In this document: positions 46,721 to 62,600 of the stretch, piece by piece | Layout of the letters: each line of letters begins with the position of its first letter | How positions within the stretch are numbered: position 1 is the stretch's first letter | Source: Bugula neritina | Taxonomy: Eukaryota; Animalia; Bryozoa | DNA length: 64,000 bases | Direction: 5' to 3' | Assembly: GCA_964035545.1 (NCBI GenBank) | Contig: OZ037765.1 | Span: 4,412,698 to 4,476,697 of the forward strand | Made by a program: the position numbers and the translations under genes | The notes under the pieces: model-generated | What the model was told of the DNA's origin: nothing | The model's input: the letters and a program-made list of their open reading frames with translations, nothing else | Database searches by the model: none

Positions 46721-47335
46721 AATATCTGAATCATTACAACTGCAAATTAAGCAATTATTATCTTGACGACTGTACCAAATAATGGTGCCTAATTGTAAAG
46801 GCCAGGATTCTGATCACCCACAAGATTCTTGTCCATGATAGTCCTAAGCCCTACTTTACGTACACGCTATTGTCACTGTGAAGTATCAGCCAAACTACAG
46901 ATTATGCACCCAATTTAAGCACACCTCCCACGTTGGGACAGGCTGTGTTGGAAGACAACCAACAATACCATGTACTCAATATTATCTAGAATAAATCAGT
47001 TCCAACATTAAGGATTTATTGCCTCCCTCCCCTTTACATTTTCAATATTACCAACATCTGACCAACAACTATTACTACATCAAGAATTCTTCAGATAATT
47101 TACCAAAGCCAAGAAACTTGGTTTTGCTGCTATTAGCTGTGCTGAAAGCAATGTTGAATACAACCTAGAAATTAAGCTTCAGAGAGACAAAATATACTTA
47201 TTGATCTTATTTAATGATGTTTTACTTTTTTATAAGAGAACTATATTTTTTTATAACTACAATTTATCATAATGAATAAAACCAGGCATGTTTTTATCGT
47301 TTATTGGCTGAAATTAGTACACAAGACATGGTATT

Positions 47336-49730
<2,395 letters not shown>

Positions 49731-49972
49731 GATGGCGGAAATCTGAAAGAGAGAATGGCAGAAGCGCATGCGCACAACTCGACAGTGCCCACCATCTTTC
49801 GACAGTTCACGACCACACAACCTTGTCTACGGTTTGTATATATTTTGATTCTGTTAAAAGGCAAGATCAAGCATATGCAATAAAGTTGCAATATCAATAA
49901 AATGTTAAATCAGTGTTTTTGTTACAAGTGGGATATATTTGGCTATTTTCCTTATAATTTATGGCCAGGACG
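49731..49972. promoter_or_regulatory. Bidirectional RPS13/E4F1 promoter with TCT/5'TOP and NRF1-like motif
   Basis: Minus-strand CATTCTCTCTTTCAG pyrimidine start at ~49743-49757; GCGCATGCGC at 49764-49773; E4F1 exon-1 donor ACG|GTAATT at 49972. Confidence 0.7.
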
Positions 49973-51305
49973 GTAATTTATATTTTCATTTTAATAATTT
50001 ATATTAAATACTAATACTAATAGTAAATACTAAATCTAATACTAAGTATAATACTAATAGTAATACTTATACTAATACTAATGTAATGCTAATAGTAATA
50101 GTAATACTAATAGTATTAGTAATACTAATAGTAATACTAATACTAATAGTAATTGTATTAGTATTACTGTAATACTAATACTCACTTACTGTAAGTGTAA
50201 GTGTAATACAGTAAATGTAATAATAATACTAATAGATTAAGATTAAATTTAATGATTGATCATTTATTTAATCTCAAATTCAATCTGTATGAGTATCTGT
50301 ACCACTACCTAATCCTTATAGTTATAGTTGTCCTATGCCTGTGAGCTATCAGTATTACTATCAGTATCACTATGGTAATGGTTGTGCCTATGGTAATCAT
50401 ACATGATACAATTATATGGTGATCGCTATTAAGTATCAATCTGTCAATGAATATAAATATGAATATCACTCATTCAATATGGCTATCACTATTACATTTA
50501 GTGATTTACTATTAGTATTAGTATTACTGTCACTATTCACTATCATGCTGACAGTATCAATATGAGTATGATACTGATATTAATAAATAATATCGATACT
50601 GATAGTCATAGTGATACTGATACTGATAGTCGATAGCAATAACTAATATTGTTTTTATTATCAGTATGAGTATCACTTACTGAGTATAATTATCATGACT
50701 ATGAGTATCAGTACGACAGTGAGTATGCATGACTATGCCTAGTGTAACTAATACTTATTAACTACTTAGTACTTACTACTTATAGTTATACTATAGTTAT
50801 ACTATTCATATTGAGCAGCATATTCATTATTTATATTAGTATTTATATTAATTTTGAACACGAAGTTGAAGTGATATTGATATTATTATATTTATTATAA
50901 TTATTGTGTTTAACTATTCCAACTTAAATTTGTGCACTTCTAGTTCTAGTTTTTGGCTAAATTGCAATCAGTTTCTCAGTGCTTATTATTGAATTTGTGC
51001 ATGTAAAATTTATTTTAATCTTGTTGAGTCAGATAGATTTATCAATGATGTTAATTTAGCTTATTATTTACTTTTCTTTCAAATTGTTATAACATGTTTC
51101 AACTCCAAACACATATATGTACAGTAGATAACCTGTTTTATTTTATAACTTTGTCTATGTTCACATATATTCAAATTTAGTTATTGTTTTTAAATTAATT
51201 TGTAAGTTTGGAGTTATTACCTCTACATCTACCCACTGATTATATGCAAAACCTCTTCCACAATGCATATGATACATGCCACTTCTAGGATTTACATTGT
51301 ACAAC

Positions 51306-54300
51306 ATGGAAGATTGTAATGATGGGAAAGCAGAAGATTTTCATACCTGTGGGAAATGCAAAAAAGTCTTCTTTGATTTGACAGCTTTTATCCAACACCG
51401 GGAAGATCACACCGCTGATGAGAAGGAGAGCATTGTTATACCATGGTATTAATTTAAGCATTTTTAACTCTCATCAGCTCTTATTGAATTTAGGTATATT
51501 ATTATGTTATTCTCTTTTTTCTCACCTATCTTCGCTTTGTCCTGTTCAGGTAGCGGGATGTATTATTATATTATATTATTATCTAAAATTAATTTCTATG
51601 TTAGTCATTGCGTGGGTACACCTCTGTGATATGTAGCAATACTGAGACTACCTCTGATAAGCCAGAGAGCAGTGAGTTGGGTGAACCCCCAGTAGTACAG
51701 ACTATGATGTTAGCTACTGACCACGCTAAGAGAGGAACCCTGACAGTGTATGATGATACCGGAGAGGATCTGAAGATAATCAACAACAGAGGGGAGACGG
51801 TACACCTGGTCATTGTGCCAGAGAAGTCTAACTATGACTGCCAATATTGCTACAAACCTTTTCCTAACGGTCTAACGCTCAGAGGTGAGTTAATTATTTT
51901 AACTGCATTGCTAAGTGGTAGATCTTCCATAGATTATTTTATGATGTTTTGCTGTAAAGTGCTATCAGGTTTGCGATATAATTAAAATTTTTTTTCATTA
52001 TTTCAAAAGTTTTTCCTACTTTATATTGTTCGGTAAGAATTTGTTTCAGTCTCATGCTTTACTTCTGTTGCTATAAGGTATATTTTTATGAGCTTGTGGC
52101 ATACGAACAAGCTGATATCATGCCCAAGCATTTATTTCGTAGTAGACTAAAATTCAGTATGTAGGCAGATGTGTTTATAGTACACTGAGGCATGGACCAT
52201 GTGGTGGTGTAACACATGCGATACTATTGGTGGTTTCAGCACACGTACAGAAGTTTCACTCCGGTGACACTAGTAAATCAGTTTCCACTGAAGCAACTAC
52301 AAGTGCTGAAGAACATTTAGTGTGCGAAATCTGCAACAAAAGCTTCAAGAAGGTATATTCTAGTTGCATCACCTAATTAGCTCATACTTATAGACACTGA
52401 TCGAAAAGTGCGACGGGACCCTCTCTACATTTTTTCTATAATTCTTAACATCTGTGTTGTTTTGTAGAGTCTTAGCCTGAAAGCTCACATGAAAACCCAC
52501 GCTGATAACAGGCAGTATGTCTGCACTTTCCCCAACTGCACATACTCATTCAAGACCAAAGGCTCCCTGGTGCGTCATGAGAGGAGGCACACCGACTCAC
52601 GGCCTTTTGAGTGCCAGCTCTGTGGTCGGAAGTTCCGGGAGTCGGGAGCTCTGAACAGACACAAGAAGATGCAGTGGGTGTTCAATATACATCTTAGTGC
52701 ATGCTGACGCATAGTATATTGTCATGTATAATACAGGCTGACATATTCTGCTTTTTATCCTTACAAATTAAACTCTCAAGCTGAGCTCTAGAACCAGCAG
52801 GTGGCTTTTACTGACATCACAGCACATATTTTGTGCCGTGTTTGTTTATGTTGAATATAATCCAGAGTTTGATTATACAAAGTAATAGTGTATGGTAGTC
52901 AACCAGCTAACCTTGCTGTGGTGAAAGCATTATACTAATAGCTGTATTTACTAACTATAGTTAATATGATTATTGTGGCCAAGATACTAATGCTGACCTA
53001 CTAGACCAGGGCTGCCCAACCTACATTTATGTGATCTTCAAAGGCATAACAGATAAATTTATTTTGCACATGTATATGAATTAAAGGGGGAAAATCACCT
53101 TTTAAATGTCTTCTTTTTATATATGCGAAAACGTGCAGCCTGCAGTAATTATTGGGACTTTATTGCGAAACCTTTCATAGGAATTTGGAATAAAGCTATT
53201 TGAAAATTACTGATGCTGTGGCCTCCAGCCTAAGCTAAATTTTTCGTTGTGGCCCTTGCCATGAAATAATCTATTTCGGTGGCCTTCGCTCTGAAAATGT
53301 TGGACACCCCTGTACTAGAAATCGGATGTAGTTGACATTTGACCTCTCAGTCATATGTCATATTTAGAATTCCGTGCACACAGAAGAGAGACAGCGACTT
53401 GCCAAACTACGGCAGACGACAGCCGCTGCCGGGAGAGCCAGAGTCCGTGACCGACTCAGACCCGATTAAATCGGACATGTTGACGGAGGCGATGCTGGGT
53501 GGTCTGTCTAAAAAAGACGGTGCCGTGACAGTAGCCGAGGAGACCCCTGGTATCATTGTAATACCGGCTAATGTCACACAAGCTGCGTTAGGTGAGGGTG
53601 GAGATCTCCTAGCGCTGACAGCAGAGGACATGAACACAGCTGAACCTGAGGCTAACAAGTCTGGTGGTCTATGTCTGGGGACAGATGATGCAGAGGGGCA
53701 GGCTATTGAGATCCCCTTAAACACTGGCAAAGGGAAAGTCAGCGAGACCAAGGCTGACTCTCTGCTTGCTGATGTTTCTGCGGGAACTGGCGTGATGCCA
53801 GAAACTGTGGCCGAGTATTTCACCTACTGCCAGGTGAGTCAGTGTCCTACTTTACTTACTGCTCAGCCAATGGTAGACATAACTGTCTATTGTGTTCCTT
53901 TTATAAATTAAGATACTTGGGACAATTGGCACCCAATCAGAAAACTGGCTCTTAAAATATAATAAAAATAGCAGTTTGGATACCCTGCTTAATTGCAGGT
54001 CCTCGTCATAGATATACAACCATAATAATTTATTAGAATGGCTGCTTGTTACACTTGTTACTATGGTTACACTCGTTTCTATGGTCACACTTGTTTCTAT
54101 GGTTACACTCGTTTCTATGGTCACACTTGTTTCTATGGTTACACTCGTTTCTATGGTTACTGCATACGCATGCATCATGTTGCAGGTGTGTCGTGCTCGT
54201 CCAGATAGTGTATTGGCGCTGAGACAGCATCTCAGAGACCACCTTTCTGCTGGAGCATTTCTCTGTGATAAGTGTTCATATATAGCGTTGAGTAGACAGG

Positions 54301-57300
54301 ACCTTACAGCCCACAACACTCATGTACACTCGGTGGTTAGTATTATAGCAATACGGTATTACACTAATAATACGGTATTACACTAATAATACGGTATTAC
54401 ACTAATAATACGGTATTGCACATGTGTACTAAGATACTACAATGTGTATAGAAAGTGTGTAATAACAAATGATAATCATTCTTATAACATGCTGTTGTGA
54501 TATGTATTGTGTATCTTAGTTCATTGAATGCTTTATATAAATTGTAAGCCATATTACTTCTAATATATTTTATAATGTGTTATATTATATTCATGACAAG
54601 TTGGGTAATGTATGTTATATATGTTATCATCTAGCAAACCAATGAAGGGAACGCGAATATGATCAGCTCTGAACGTATTTATGATGCCATCCGCTTTGAT
54701 GAACTTCGAACTATTGACCCCCAGTCTGCTGTCAGGTAAGACCTACAGCCGTGTGTAAACTCTGCCTGTTTGTATTTGTTTACCGCGCTATTTTGCTAGC
54801 CTCTGTTCTAAAACAGATTATTCGTTGATTTTCTGAGACAGTTGTTTGCAAATTTATGAAGTAATGTGAAAGTAAAGTAAAGTAAATTTGAAAAGACGCC
54901 CTCAAAGGTTGGCTACTGTATGGTTTTAATTTTTTTTTGCTTTAATAGTTTTTATCAAAGCCGGTAAAGTTGACCTAAGTTATACGTAATTTTTTCTTCT
55001 TGAGAATGGGGACTAAAATAGTGTCTTGGAACTATATTTGTATTCTCTGATGAAGACAATTTATTGTTCGTACCTCTAGAAATTCATGCTGGTATAGCTA
55101 TAAAGTGTATAGTGATTTACAAAGAGGCCATTTTAGCCTCCGATATATCCAATGATATGTTGGTAGGCTGTACCAGTTTAGTGTCCCAACTGTTTGTCAA
55201 TATGTATGTATATGTTGTCTATTATCTTAAATTTGGTAGAGAGGCCATACTAGTTGTACAGCAACTTCTCATACTCGACAATATATCTCCTCAGGAAAAC
55301 TTAGCTCAAATGAAAAATAAAGTACTCACACTGAAGGATATTAAAACCTGCCCCGTGTGTGACAAAGTCTTCAGGTCCACCAGCTATCTCAAGCACCATA
55401 TGAGAGTTCATACTGGTCAGTGAATCAGTCTAAGATTTCTTCTTATTTGTTGAACAGATAACTCCCAAATATTCTGGTAATTCCATGAATGTTTAGTTAC
55501 CTGCAATCTTAAAGTTGTTTGGTTTGATGATGGATATGATCCGGAACTTTCTTAGGTGAACGACCATACAAGTGTAGACTCTGTCCCAAAGATTTCCCTA
55601 CTAAAGACACATTCAAGAAGCATTTGCTCATACATTCTGGAGAGAGATCTTATAAGTGTGGTGAATGCGGAAAGCTGTTTAAACGAATCTCACATGCTAA
55701 AGAGCATCTTAAAATTCACTCTGATGAGAGGCCCTACCACTGTAATATTTGCCAGAAATCTTTCAAAACTGCTGTATGTATCGATATGCATTCTATTTGT
55801 AAAGTTTCACTAATATTTATCATTGTGGGGGAGGGGCGTGAATTCTCGTTTCAAAGTGATTAGCACTGAAGACATAGTACTTGCCTAGAATTTCTCTAAT
55901 CTACTGGTACCAGACATACTGAATGTTTCTTAGTATTGTTGACACTCAGTCAAAAGCCTCCAGAACGGTGTAATATACTGCTGGAAAGATGATGGACATA
56001 GTGCGGGTCATCTAAAGCATGCAAAAAATTTCATATACACTTCACTAGCAGCTACACTGTTTTCATTATATAGTATTTATTTTAAAATTAGGGGCCGAGT
56101 GTGTTGATCTCTGTCAGTTAGTTAGCATAACTTTTTCTCTTCTTTTTTTGGTGTTATATGTAACCCTGTTTCAGCCATGTTTCTGTGGTGTTATAGCACT
56201 GTTGTCGTGGTGCTGTAGCACTGTTGTTGTTGTGTTATAGCACTGTTGTTATGGTGTTATAGCACTGTTGCCGTGGTGTTATAGCACTGTTGTCGTGGTG
56301 TTATAGCACTGTTGTTGTGGTGTTATAGCACTGTTGTCGTGGTGTTATAGCACTGTTGTTGCCCTGTTGTAGAACATATTCAAAGTGCACGAGAGAACCC
56401 ACACTCTCTACCTGCCCTGGGTATGCAAGGTTTGTGATAAAAGGTTCAGAGAGAAGGCGAGTCTCACTAGACACATCAGAACTCACACCGGAGAGAAGCC
56501 GTTTCAGTGTAAATATTGTGGCAAGCAGTTTGGTGAGCACGGGACATTGGCGCGACACCTTCGCTGTAAAGGTAGGCAGTTTATATGTTCCATGGGGTTA
56601 GTATTTATATAGTATGCTAGTTTTTAAAGACATATTCAGCCTCTAAATATGCTCAAACATTGAGCTTTGCTCGGTTTGTGACATAAGGCTATGCGTACTG
56701 TGAAAGTGAAGTATGTAGAATACTATCATGGTGTGTCTAGAAAGCTTCGTTATATTTGGCAGACTTCATTTTTAATATGCACCTAGTTTTGTGTTGAATG
56801 AATTCTGAAATTTTAAAAACGTTTATTGATAACTCAAAATTCTATGTTGAGGATATTTAGTACTGTACCTATGCATTACACCGAGTAATATATTATTTCT
56901 ATCATATTAAAATGACGTGTTTTTCTAATAATACTTGTAGTGCCGTGTTCGGAAGCTTTGGTTGAAGCTCGTTTGCAAAAAGCATCCGACGAGCTAACCT
57001 TTGATAATGTGACGCTGAATACGGAAGAAGGGGACAAGGTGAGGGCGTACCCTACTGTGCTCACAGAATTCAGCTCAGTGGTTACGGATACTCAGGAGTA
57101 CATGGCACCAGCAGACCAAGTTAACTCTTCTGGTGGTGTGGATGTGTCGCAGGTAAAGGGTAGCTTCTGCATGTGTGAGAGTAGCTCAGTAAATTCTATA
57201 TTATCTATCATATATTATATGTGTATTATATATTATATGTGTATTATATATTATATGTGTATTATATATTATCTATGTGTTATATATTATCTATGTGTTA

Positions 57301-58520
57301 TATATTGTCTATATATTATGTATTATCTATGTGTTATATGTATTGTCTATGTATTATATATTATCTATGTATTATATATTATTTATGTATTATATGTTAT
57401 CTATGCATTATCTATTGTCCATGTATTATCTATTATCTATATATTTTATTTATGGCGTTACATCAACGCAGCTAGCAGCTGCTAGTAAGAGTAGTTAGTG
57501 TTTTAAAACTGTCTATCTCGTAGATCTCTATAAACTTTTACAACTAATTACAATATAACTACTTGTTGTAGTGCTGACTCTAGATGCTGAGTTTTAATAT
57601 TTTACGTTACTGTAGAGTTAGCACTTTATCTACTGGTTTCTATATAATGCTCAGTATACTCCAGCTTCACAGTTTTCATTCTCCCATGAGTCATTGTTTA
57701 TGTCAGCGAGAGCATAGTTACTTTAGTAAAAGGGTCAATAAGCCTCAAAATACCTGAGCATTGGATTTAGTAATTTATATAAGGCTGATAGACACCAAGT
57801 ATGATACTATAATATGCTCAATGTAGCCAGTATGTTAAAGTAGTAGTTTGTATTTTGTACACATTTTGTGCATATGTACACTGTTTGTTCTAGCTGAGCA
57901 CCATCGAAGTGAGAGATGACAGTACGGGTGGCGCGACGTCTTACATCATAGTAAATGAAGGAGACCTACAGCAGCTTACCAGTTTCACTCAGCAATCATC
58001 TCAAATGGTGAGGAGGTGTTCTCCTGTTACCTTCTTTGCTACTAAGCAGTATGTCTGGCACTCACTTAATCTACTTATGTGCATATATTTTGTTCAACAA
58101 CCTTATTGGATGCTGTTTTCTGTTAATTTGTACCAATTAGATTGTCAAAATAATTTTATCAATGCTCAAGAGATAGGTTAGTATTGCGTATCCCCTATAG
58201 ATGCTTAGAGTATTTGTTTCAACCCGTTTTCCTTAAAATAATGGCAATAAATCTCTCATTTCTTTCTATTAAGACTTGATACATTTCTCTGCAGCTTTTT
58301 ATCTTCAGATGAAGTTTCTACTTCAACATTCTTCTTCAGGTAAAATCGCAGATTTTTATTTCTATATTTGTAGGATGATGCAAATGTTGGAGATGGTGTC
58401 ACATTTACAGATCAATCTGGACAATACATCTTACTAGAGAATATAGATGGACAGACTCTAACACTGGAAGAAGCAGATTCTCAATCTCACTCACTCCAAC
58501 TAACCGCTCAACTCCAATGA
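51306..58520 (+). CDS. E4F1: Transcription factor E4F1 (multi-C2H2 zinc finger)
   Basis: N-terminal EDFHTCGKCKKVFFDLTAFIQH; FKTKGSLVRHERRHTDSRPFECQLCGRKFRESGALNRH..IPCT; FREKASLTRHIRTHTGEKPFQCKYCGKQFGEHGTLARHLRCK, characteristic of E4F1. About 13 GT-AG coding exons; stop TGA 58518-58520. Confidence 0.88.
53007..53312. mobile_element. Non-autonomous hAT (Charlie-like) MITE in an E4F1 intron
   Basis: TIRs CAGGGCTGCCCAAC ... GTTGGACACCCCTG; 8-bp TSD TACTAGAC / TACTAGAA; internal GTGGCC repeats. Confidence 0.8.
54053..54160. repeat. 18-bp x6 minisatellite ACTYGTTTCTATGGTYAC
   Basis: Six units ending 25 bp before the acceptor at 54185. Confidence 0.92.
56184..56372. repeat. 22-bp minisatellite (GTGGTGTTATAGCACTGTTGTC) ending at an E4F1 acceptor
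   Basis: About 8 units. Confidence 0.9.
57198..57445. repeat. 18-bp minisatellite (TATTATATATTATCTATG) after an E4F1 donor
   Basis: About 13 degenerate units; source of the spurious Y/I/C-rich ORFs. Confidence 0.9.
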
Positions 58521-59643
58521 ACTCAACTCTGCTATTTCCACCAAAGAGCCTCAAAGATTCGCATCAATAATTTTTCACCTGAATAACTTATCGTTTTCAT
58601 TGCAATAGTTGACTCTTATGCATGCAATAACTTCTACAACTTGATCATCACGGTCAATTTCATTCGCTGTTCACCACAACTTTTACTAATACTTTTACAA
58701 TCGCTGTAAATTGGCAAATATTTTTGAAACTCGTGCAGTATTATCATGAAAAAACTGTCTGATTTCAAGACTTTTTTATATAAATCCTTTCTACAATAGT
58801 GCAATATTCAGGCAGTGTTGCTGTACAGCTACTAGTATATACTCATGGGTTACCCTTTTGTCTACATTTTTTTGTTGATTTTAAATTATTATTGTATTAT
58901 AAATAGACAATATAATAAAACTACATTGTATTACCATTGAATCATATTATAAGCTTGAATAATATTCCAGTCGTGTAGTTTAATGATAAAAAAGATGAAC
59001 TAAAGCTTCATGTCAGGGATTAAAAGGAAAACTTTTGGATTTTAGACTAATATTTTGACCATCATTATTAAAACAATTCAACTCTAAAGATTAATAGTTG
59101 ATAGTCAAAATATTTGATTTATTTATTATGAGCATAAAAAATCAATTTTAGAAAAAATTGAAATATCATATGTGCTACAGTTAACAGCATAAAACACAGT
59201 TCGATTTTAAATCATTTTTTACGCTACAGCATACACCAAGTATATCAAAGGTAAATGCTTGAAATTATAATATGCATTCAACATATACGAAATGGAGGGC
59301 ACCGGTTTCACAGTAAAATATAAGGTATTACAACTGCTTAAAAGCAGGGGAACAGTTTAGTTGCATCACCCACTTCATGCTGGCTTGTAAAGGTTGGCTA
59401 AACACTACATAACAATTATAAGTCTATGAAAACCAAATGCAATCATTATAAGACTTAAATAAACACTGAACATAGCAACTACAGAAGCTAAAGGCCTGAC
59501 CTCAAATATATTCTTATAAATGTTAGCTAATCCTATGTTCCACAATTATATTTCAGTTAAATGAAACATTATTCACAGTAGAAATTGCTTAACATTGCTC
59601 CACTTTTTTCTGTCTCTCTATTTGGAGGGCTATTAGGCTAGTG

Positions 59644-62600
59644 CTACGTGCCGGTACATATATCTAGGTGATCTATAAGGTCACTATGCATGTCAAAACC
59701 AAATTTCTTGTCACATTTATAGCAGGCAAGATCGGTCTGTTTACTAGGTAAACTGGGTCGTACAACATCAGTCTGAGAGCTTAGACTAATTGTGTCCTCT
59801 TCTATAATAGGTTCAGGAACTATTGTCTTTGGAAGTTTAGCCTGTGAACTTTTGTTAGTAGCCTTGGGTTGATTATCTTTGGTAGTCTGAGATTTAGAGC
59901 CCTGCATACTAAACCTAACTCCCTGTGATCCAGCTTTGTATCTGGAGGCTGCTTGCTGCTGCCTTCCATCCCAGGCATTGTTGGCGGGGTTAGCTCTGCC
60001 TGATTGCTGCTGTAAAACGAAATGTATTTTTTAGCAGTCAAACATACTGAGTCACTGTGAGTGTATTAACTAAGGACCACGCCACGTGAGTTTAGAGTCA
60101 CAGTGAGTGTATTAACTGAGCAACATACTGTGTGAGTTTAGAGTTAATGTGAGTGCATTAACTAAAGAAACCAATACTTAAGTCTGAAGTAACTGTGAAT
60201 GTAATAACTGAGGACCACATCCTGTTAGTCTAGAGTTTGTTAGTCTGCACTCTGCAGTTAAAGGAAATGTATATAACTCACCGCTTTAAGCTCCCTGAGA
60301 TAATCTTCTAGTTGCGAATAGTCTCTGATTAGCCTCTCTCTTTCTTGCCTCTCTCTCCGAAAATCTCCCTCATAGACCTTTAACTGCTGTGATAAGGCCT
60401 GACAGTGTTCTTTTAGTTTGCTTATCTGTTTATCTTTGTCTGCCAGTTGCTCTTTCAACATTGAGCTCTCACTAATGAGCTACAAGTAAATAAACGTGAT
60501 TTCGAACCAAAAATACACAGTTATATGACATCATGATGACTGTAGTGCTTTCAACTTGTAACAGAAGTCACCTGACTATCTTATGTGACTGCCCCACCTG
60601 ATCATCTCACCTAACCATCTCACCTGATTATCCCACCAGATTATCTCACCTCACCTGACTGTCTCACCTCACCTGATTATCTGGGCGTGATGCCGGCCCT
60701 CTTGATGCTTTCAGCTGCTGCTCTAAATTGTTGCATTTTATTTCCAGTCTTGTGTTTTGTTCCTGCAGAAATTTCTCATTTGAAAACTACAAGAAAACCA
60801 CAAAAGTATTTTCTGTATTTTCTGGTTGTAAATAATAGCCATCTTCCTATCAGTTAGAAGTAGGCGCTGGTTGGTAGTAGTTAGCAGTAGTCATTAGTAG
60901 AAGTTTTAATTAATAGTAGCCACTTGCTAGAACAGAATTTATATTTAATAGCCAGCCTTTAGAAAGTTAATGTGTAAAACATGGAGTACATGAAGGAAAT
61001 ATTGTAAACATCTTAACCAGCTAAACAGTAACACTTCTTTCTCTTTTTTAATTAAATAACATGAATAGATTTAAAAACAAAAGTGACACTGAGACTGGTA
61101 AACAAAACAGTACTATTCAGAATACAGGATTCACCTGTGATTGTGGCTCGGCTGAAAGGGAGCTAGGTTGACTGGTTGACGCAGATTTATCTCCCCTTTG
61201 ATGTGATTGGCTAGGGGGAAGGGAGGAAGCTGAAGGGAGTTGTTTCCTCATGTTGAGACACTTCTGCGCCGTGTCTGTCAGCTCATCATTCAGCTTACCG
61301 AGTTCTTCTTCAAGGGTGCTGAGAGCAAAGAGTATATAAAGTCACTATACATAGGAACACAACATGAGACCAACAGATACTGTAATCTTTGCGTTTGTCA
61401 CACCAAGACATTAAATGGATGTCAACTGCACCAATAGACCAACTCTACGTAGTGAAAAGGGAGAAGTAAGTTTATGAAAAGCTCAATCTACACCACACAG
61501 TATACAAGCCCCAGTTTAGTTACAATAAATTTGTTAATGGAACTCAAAATCAATGATACTATTAACTTAAAGATACTGAAATGGTGACGACTGATAAGCT
61601 AGCAGATGGCAGTATGTGTTGTGATGTAATACTTGCAGAGCTACTGATTAAAGCCCAGAAAGTTGGCTAAAACATGGGGTGGGGCGTGTATAAGTTAGTT
61701 ATAATAATGAAGAAATAAGAAGACATACAGACGATGGCTACGTTCATGCTGTCTTTCTGATCTACAGTGTTTCAGATCAGTGGTTAACTGCAGAATCAGT
61801 TTATCTTTGCCATTCTCTGATTGTTGAATGGACGAAATTAAAGATTCCAATTCTTGATTGAGCTTATTCTTTTCTGCCTTCAGTGCACTGTTTAGGTTTT
61901 GTAAACTTCGAGCTCGCTAGAGTGGAAATTATAAGTTAATTTCTGAGAATGTACATTAGAAAATGAATCTAGTTAATGAGAGTAAATACACCACCATATC
62001 ATACAGTTTGTATTGTACATGTGTGGTATATAACATTTATATGAAAATAATTACACATTATATAAACATAGATATAACACATGTTATACAGTTGTACAGC
62101 TTCACCAAAACTGTGTGAGCTTTAAACATGCTATACAAGTTGTCTTCTCATGAAAACACATTGGCATTTTTAAACATTATTTTAGTCTAACAAATTTTTA
62201 ACTATTCCACATTTTTTAGATTCCTAAGCCCAAGTACTGATGATATTTTTCACTAGAGATATATATATATAACCTACTAGATTGAGCTCATCCAACTTCT
62301 GTGGGTTGTGAACCTGGTGCTTCAGCTTTGTATTCTCTCGGATTAGATTCTCTACCAGCTGTTTGGAGGAAGATGGCAGATGATCTTCATCAAATGACTG
62401 GTTCGGAGGACTCCTGATCTCTTTCTCGCCCTCCCCACCCCCTTCCCCAGTGCTATTCAGTGTAGCAGACACAGCTACAATACATCACAGTTACAGTGCA
62501 TTCTGATTGGGCCATTCACTTGCTGATTAAAAATGATTGCAAATTTGAAAACAGAAATTTCCTATAAAACTGTCTGTTAGATTGAGTAGAGGCAATACAG

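Noticed and set aside
53407-53823. Antisense ORFs over exons (also 9007, 10246, 2794, 1080)
   Set aside because: Shadow frames of real coding exons on the opposite strand.
54033-54319. Repeat-peptide ORFs (VTIETS / MVTLVS) and similar ORFs at 9329, 14673, 20811-21049, 22423 and 57221-57498
   Set aside because: Translations of intronic minisatellites or periodic blocks.
56184-56372. CRISPR-like array
   Set aside because: Tandem units without unique spacers in a eukaryotic intron; no cas genes.
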